DNA of 64,000 nucleotides from Sminthopsis crassicaudata. Lineage: Eukaryota. The notes beneath the pieces are model-generated. The model had not been told where the DNA came from, made no database searches, and worked only from the letters and a program-made list of their open reading frames with translations. Below, in pieces: positions 61,651-64,000 of the stretch. The stretch covers positions 649,800,558 to 649,864,557 of the forward strand of contig NC_133619.1 in the NCBI RefSeq assembly GCF_048593235.1, written 5' to 3'. Positions within the stretch are counted from its first letter, which is position 1. Every line of letters begins with the position of its first letter. The translations under genes and the position numbers were made by a program.

Positions 61651-62267
61651 GCGCCCACTTGCTGATTGGAGCCAGGTAAGGTTGAGATTGCCTAAGAGAC
61701 ATGTGGACCTCCTGGGCTGCCAGCTGTGATCTCTTTCCTCAAGGCTACCAAAAACAGGGACCACCCTTTTGTCAATAGCTAGCTGTGTAATTCCATCAGG
61801 GAAATTTAATCCCTTCTTTAGTGGCTCATTGAATCTGGAGGGGATTGAAATCCCCCCGAAGGCAGAGCTGGGACCCCTCCCAATTCCTAAGTGTCCTCCT
61901 CAGGACCTGGAGCACTCACTTTCCCTCCTGCAGAGTAACTGCTCTAAGGCTGAAAGAGGCAAAGGGAACACTTGCTGAGGTCCCTATTATCCGAACTCTC
62001 TATCCTCTCCCTTCATCAGGGGTTAGGGCAGGGAGGACTCCATGGCTGATTAGTGCCTCAGTAGAGAGAAGGCAGACTTTGCATTCCCCTTAGTCTTGGG
62101 CTATGGAGGAGGCTCCCAGAGCGCCAGAGAATAGAAGAAAAGACGAGACAATGAACAGGGGAGCAAACGTTAAGATAGCCTCTGGCTGTTAGTTCAGGCT
62201 TTGCTAAGCCAAGGTTGGCAGGCTAGCAGGAAGGGCCATGGAGAATGGGGATAGATCAATAATCTCA

Positions 62268-62961
62268 TTTTTTTTTTTTATTCATTTTTCCAAATTATTC
62301 CCTCCCTCCCTCCACTCCCTCCCCCCGATGACAGGTAATCCCATACATTTTACATGTGTTACAGTATAACCTAGATACAATATATGTGTGTAAATACCAT
62401 TTTCTTGTTGCACATTAATTATTAGCTTCTGAAGGTATAAGTACCCTGGGTAGATAGACAGTAGTGCTAACAATTTACATTCGCTTCCCAGTGTTCCTTC
62501 TCTGGGTGTCGTTATTTCTGTCCATCATTGATGAACTGGAAGTGAGTTGGATCTTCTTTATGTTGAAGATTTCCACTTCCATCAGAATACATCCTCATAC
62601 AGTATTGTTGTTGAAGTGTACAGTGATCTTCTGGTTCTGCTCATTTCACTCAGCATCAGTTCATGTAATTCTCTCCAAGCCTTTCTGTATTCCTCCTGCT
62701 GGTCATTTCTTACAGAGCAATAATATGCCATAACCTTCATATACCATAATTTACCCAACCATTCTCCAATTGATGGATATCCATTCAACTTCCAGTTTCT
62801 AGCTACAACAAAAAGAGCTGCCACAAACATTTTGGCACATACAGGTCCCTTTCCGCTCTTTAGTATTTCTTTGGGATATAATCCCAATATCAGCAATGCT
62901 GGGTCAAAGGGTATGCACAGTTTGTCAACTTTTTGGGCATAGTTCCAAATTGCTCTCCAGA
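62268..62961 (-). mobile_element. Young 5'-truncated L1 3' end
   Basis: Poly-T then antisense L1 3' UTR/ORF2 end (GPVCAKMFVAALFVVARNWK). TSD AATAATCTCA(TTT) at 62258-62267 and 62962-62971, next to a TTTT/AA site. Confidence 0.9.
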
Positions 62962-63009
62962 AATAATCTCATTTTTTAAAAGAGAAATGTTTACTGAGCG
63001 AATGAAATT

Positions 63010-63190
63010 GGGAACACGAGCATCTCAGTGCATACTCACTTTGTGGCCATGGAAAAGTCATTTAACCTCTGCCTCAGTTTCCTTCTCTGTAAATGGGGAT
63101 AAGATAGACCCTACCTCTAAGATCGTTGTGAGATTCAAAAGAAATAATAAAGTACTTAGCACAGTATCTGGTACATAGTAAGTGCCATTA
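63010..63190 (+). mobile_element. MIR/MAR1-like CORE SINE
   Basis: AAGTCATTTAACCTCTGCCTCAGTTTCC..CTGTAAATGGGGATAA..TTGTGAGATTCAA..CTTAGCACAGTATCTGGTACATAGTAAG. Confidence 0.75.
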
Positions 63191-63499
63191 TTGTTATCAT
63201 TACATATTTTTTTCAAAGAGAACAGAATAAGTATAAATGGGACAGATGTAAAGAAATCCAAGTAGCCAAGAGCATAGTGGAGAGTTCTTTGAAGACTTAC
63301 AGAAACAGGAACAGGCATGAAATGGTCATAGTCTATTCTCACATTGTGATCTGGGGTACTTTTCAGAGCATCTTCAAGGTCGAAACTATTTTCATAATAA
63401 TCCTGAGACATTTTAGTTTCTACTCAAGTAAATGCTGATAGAACCCACATCAAGAAAAATTCTTTAGGAAGGCCTTTAATTAAAAATTTAAAAAAAAGA

Positions 63500-63712
63500 A
63501 AAATCTTAGTGCAGCAAGAGAATTGTATAAAAATGTTTACACATGTTGGATTTAACATATATTTTAACATGTTTAACATATATAGGATCGCTTGCCATCT
63601 AGGAGAAGGAGTGGAGGAAAGGAGGGGAGAATCTGAAACAAGGCAATGCAAGGGTCAATGGTGAAAAATTATCCTTGAATATGTTTTGAAAATAAAAAAG
63701 CTTACTTAAGGG
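63500..63712 (+). mobile_element. L1 3'-end fragment
   Basis: GCTTGCCATCTAGGAGAAGG..GCAAGGGTCAATGGTGAAAAATTATCC..TGTTTTGAAAATAAAAA. Confidence 0.75.
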
Positions 63713-64000
63713 GGGAAAAAAGGGAAGAGAAAGGAAAAAAAAAAAAGAACCTCAGAAAGGAAAATGAAACACTAAAGATATATAGAGAGAGAGCAGTGTC
63801 ATTTGTAATGGTAAAAACACCAGGTGCTGGTGAAATATCTAAGAACAGGGATATGGTGAAATAAATTGGGGAGGTTTTGTGTAAGGAAATGCTTGAATGT
63901 GATTCAGGTCCAGAAGAATGGGGGATTCAGAAGCGCCTAGAAAGACTTTTATGCAAAAATGCAAAACAGAAAAACACAGAACAGTAAGATGGGCATTAAC

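Overview
Marsupial genomic DNA, probably an Australian marsupial such as a dasyurid (inferred from WSINE1-type SINEs and marsupial L1 3' ends). The window holds a tandem array of six minus-strand genes, reconstructed by hand from splice sites and labelled A-F here. All share leukocyte-receptor-complex (LRC; LILR/KIR/OSCAR/GP6-like) architecture: a 34-nt leader exon, a 33-42-nt mini-exon, two C2-type Ig exons, all phase-1 introns, and one short terminal exon followed by AATAAA. None has an ITIM/ITAM tail exon. In B, C and F the protein ends at or just after a hydrophobic stretch, as a GPI-anchor signal would. D has a longer hydrophobic segment plus 7 residues. Single-base indels turn A into a tail-less (secreted or decaying) form and give E, whose ectodomain is identical to C, a hydrophilic extension. 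Four genes share an E-box-N12-CCAAT promoter module. Other content: a 7.4-kb LTR element with a tRNA-Thr PBS that carries MIR/L2-like DNA and a perfect 70-bp inverted repeat, a solo LTR, several L1 insertions with TSDs, a GC-shifted L1 relic, a 7.9-kb polypurine satellite and four minisatellites. Gene models and GPI anchoring are inferences that need RNA and protein checks.
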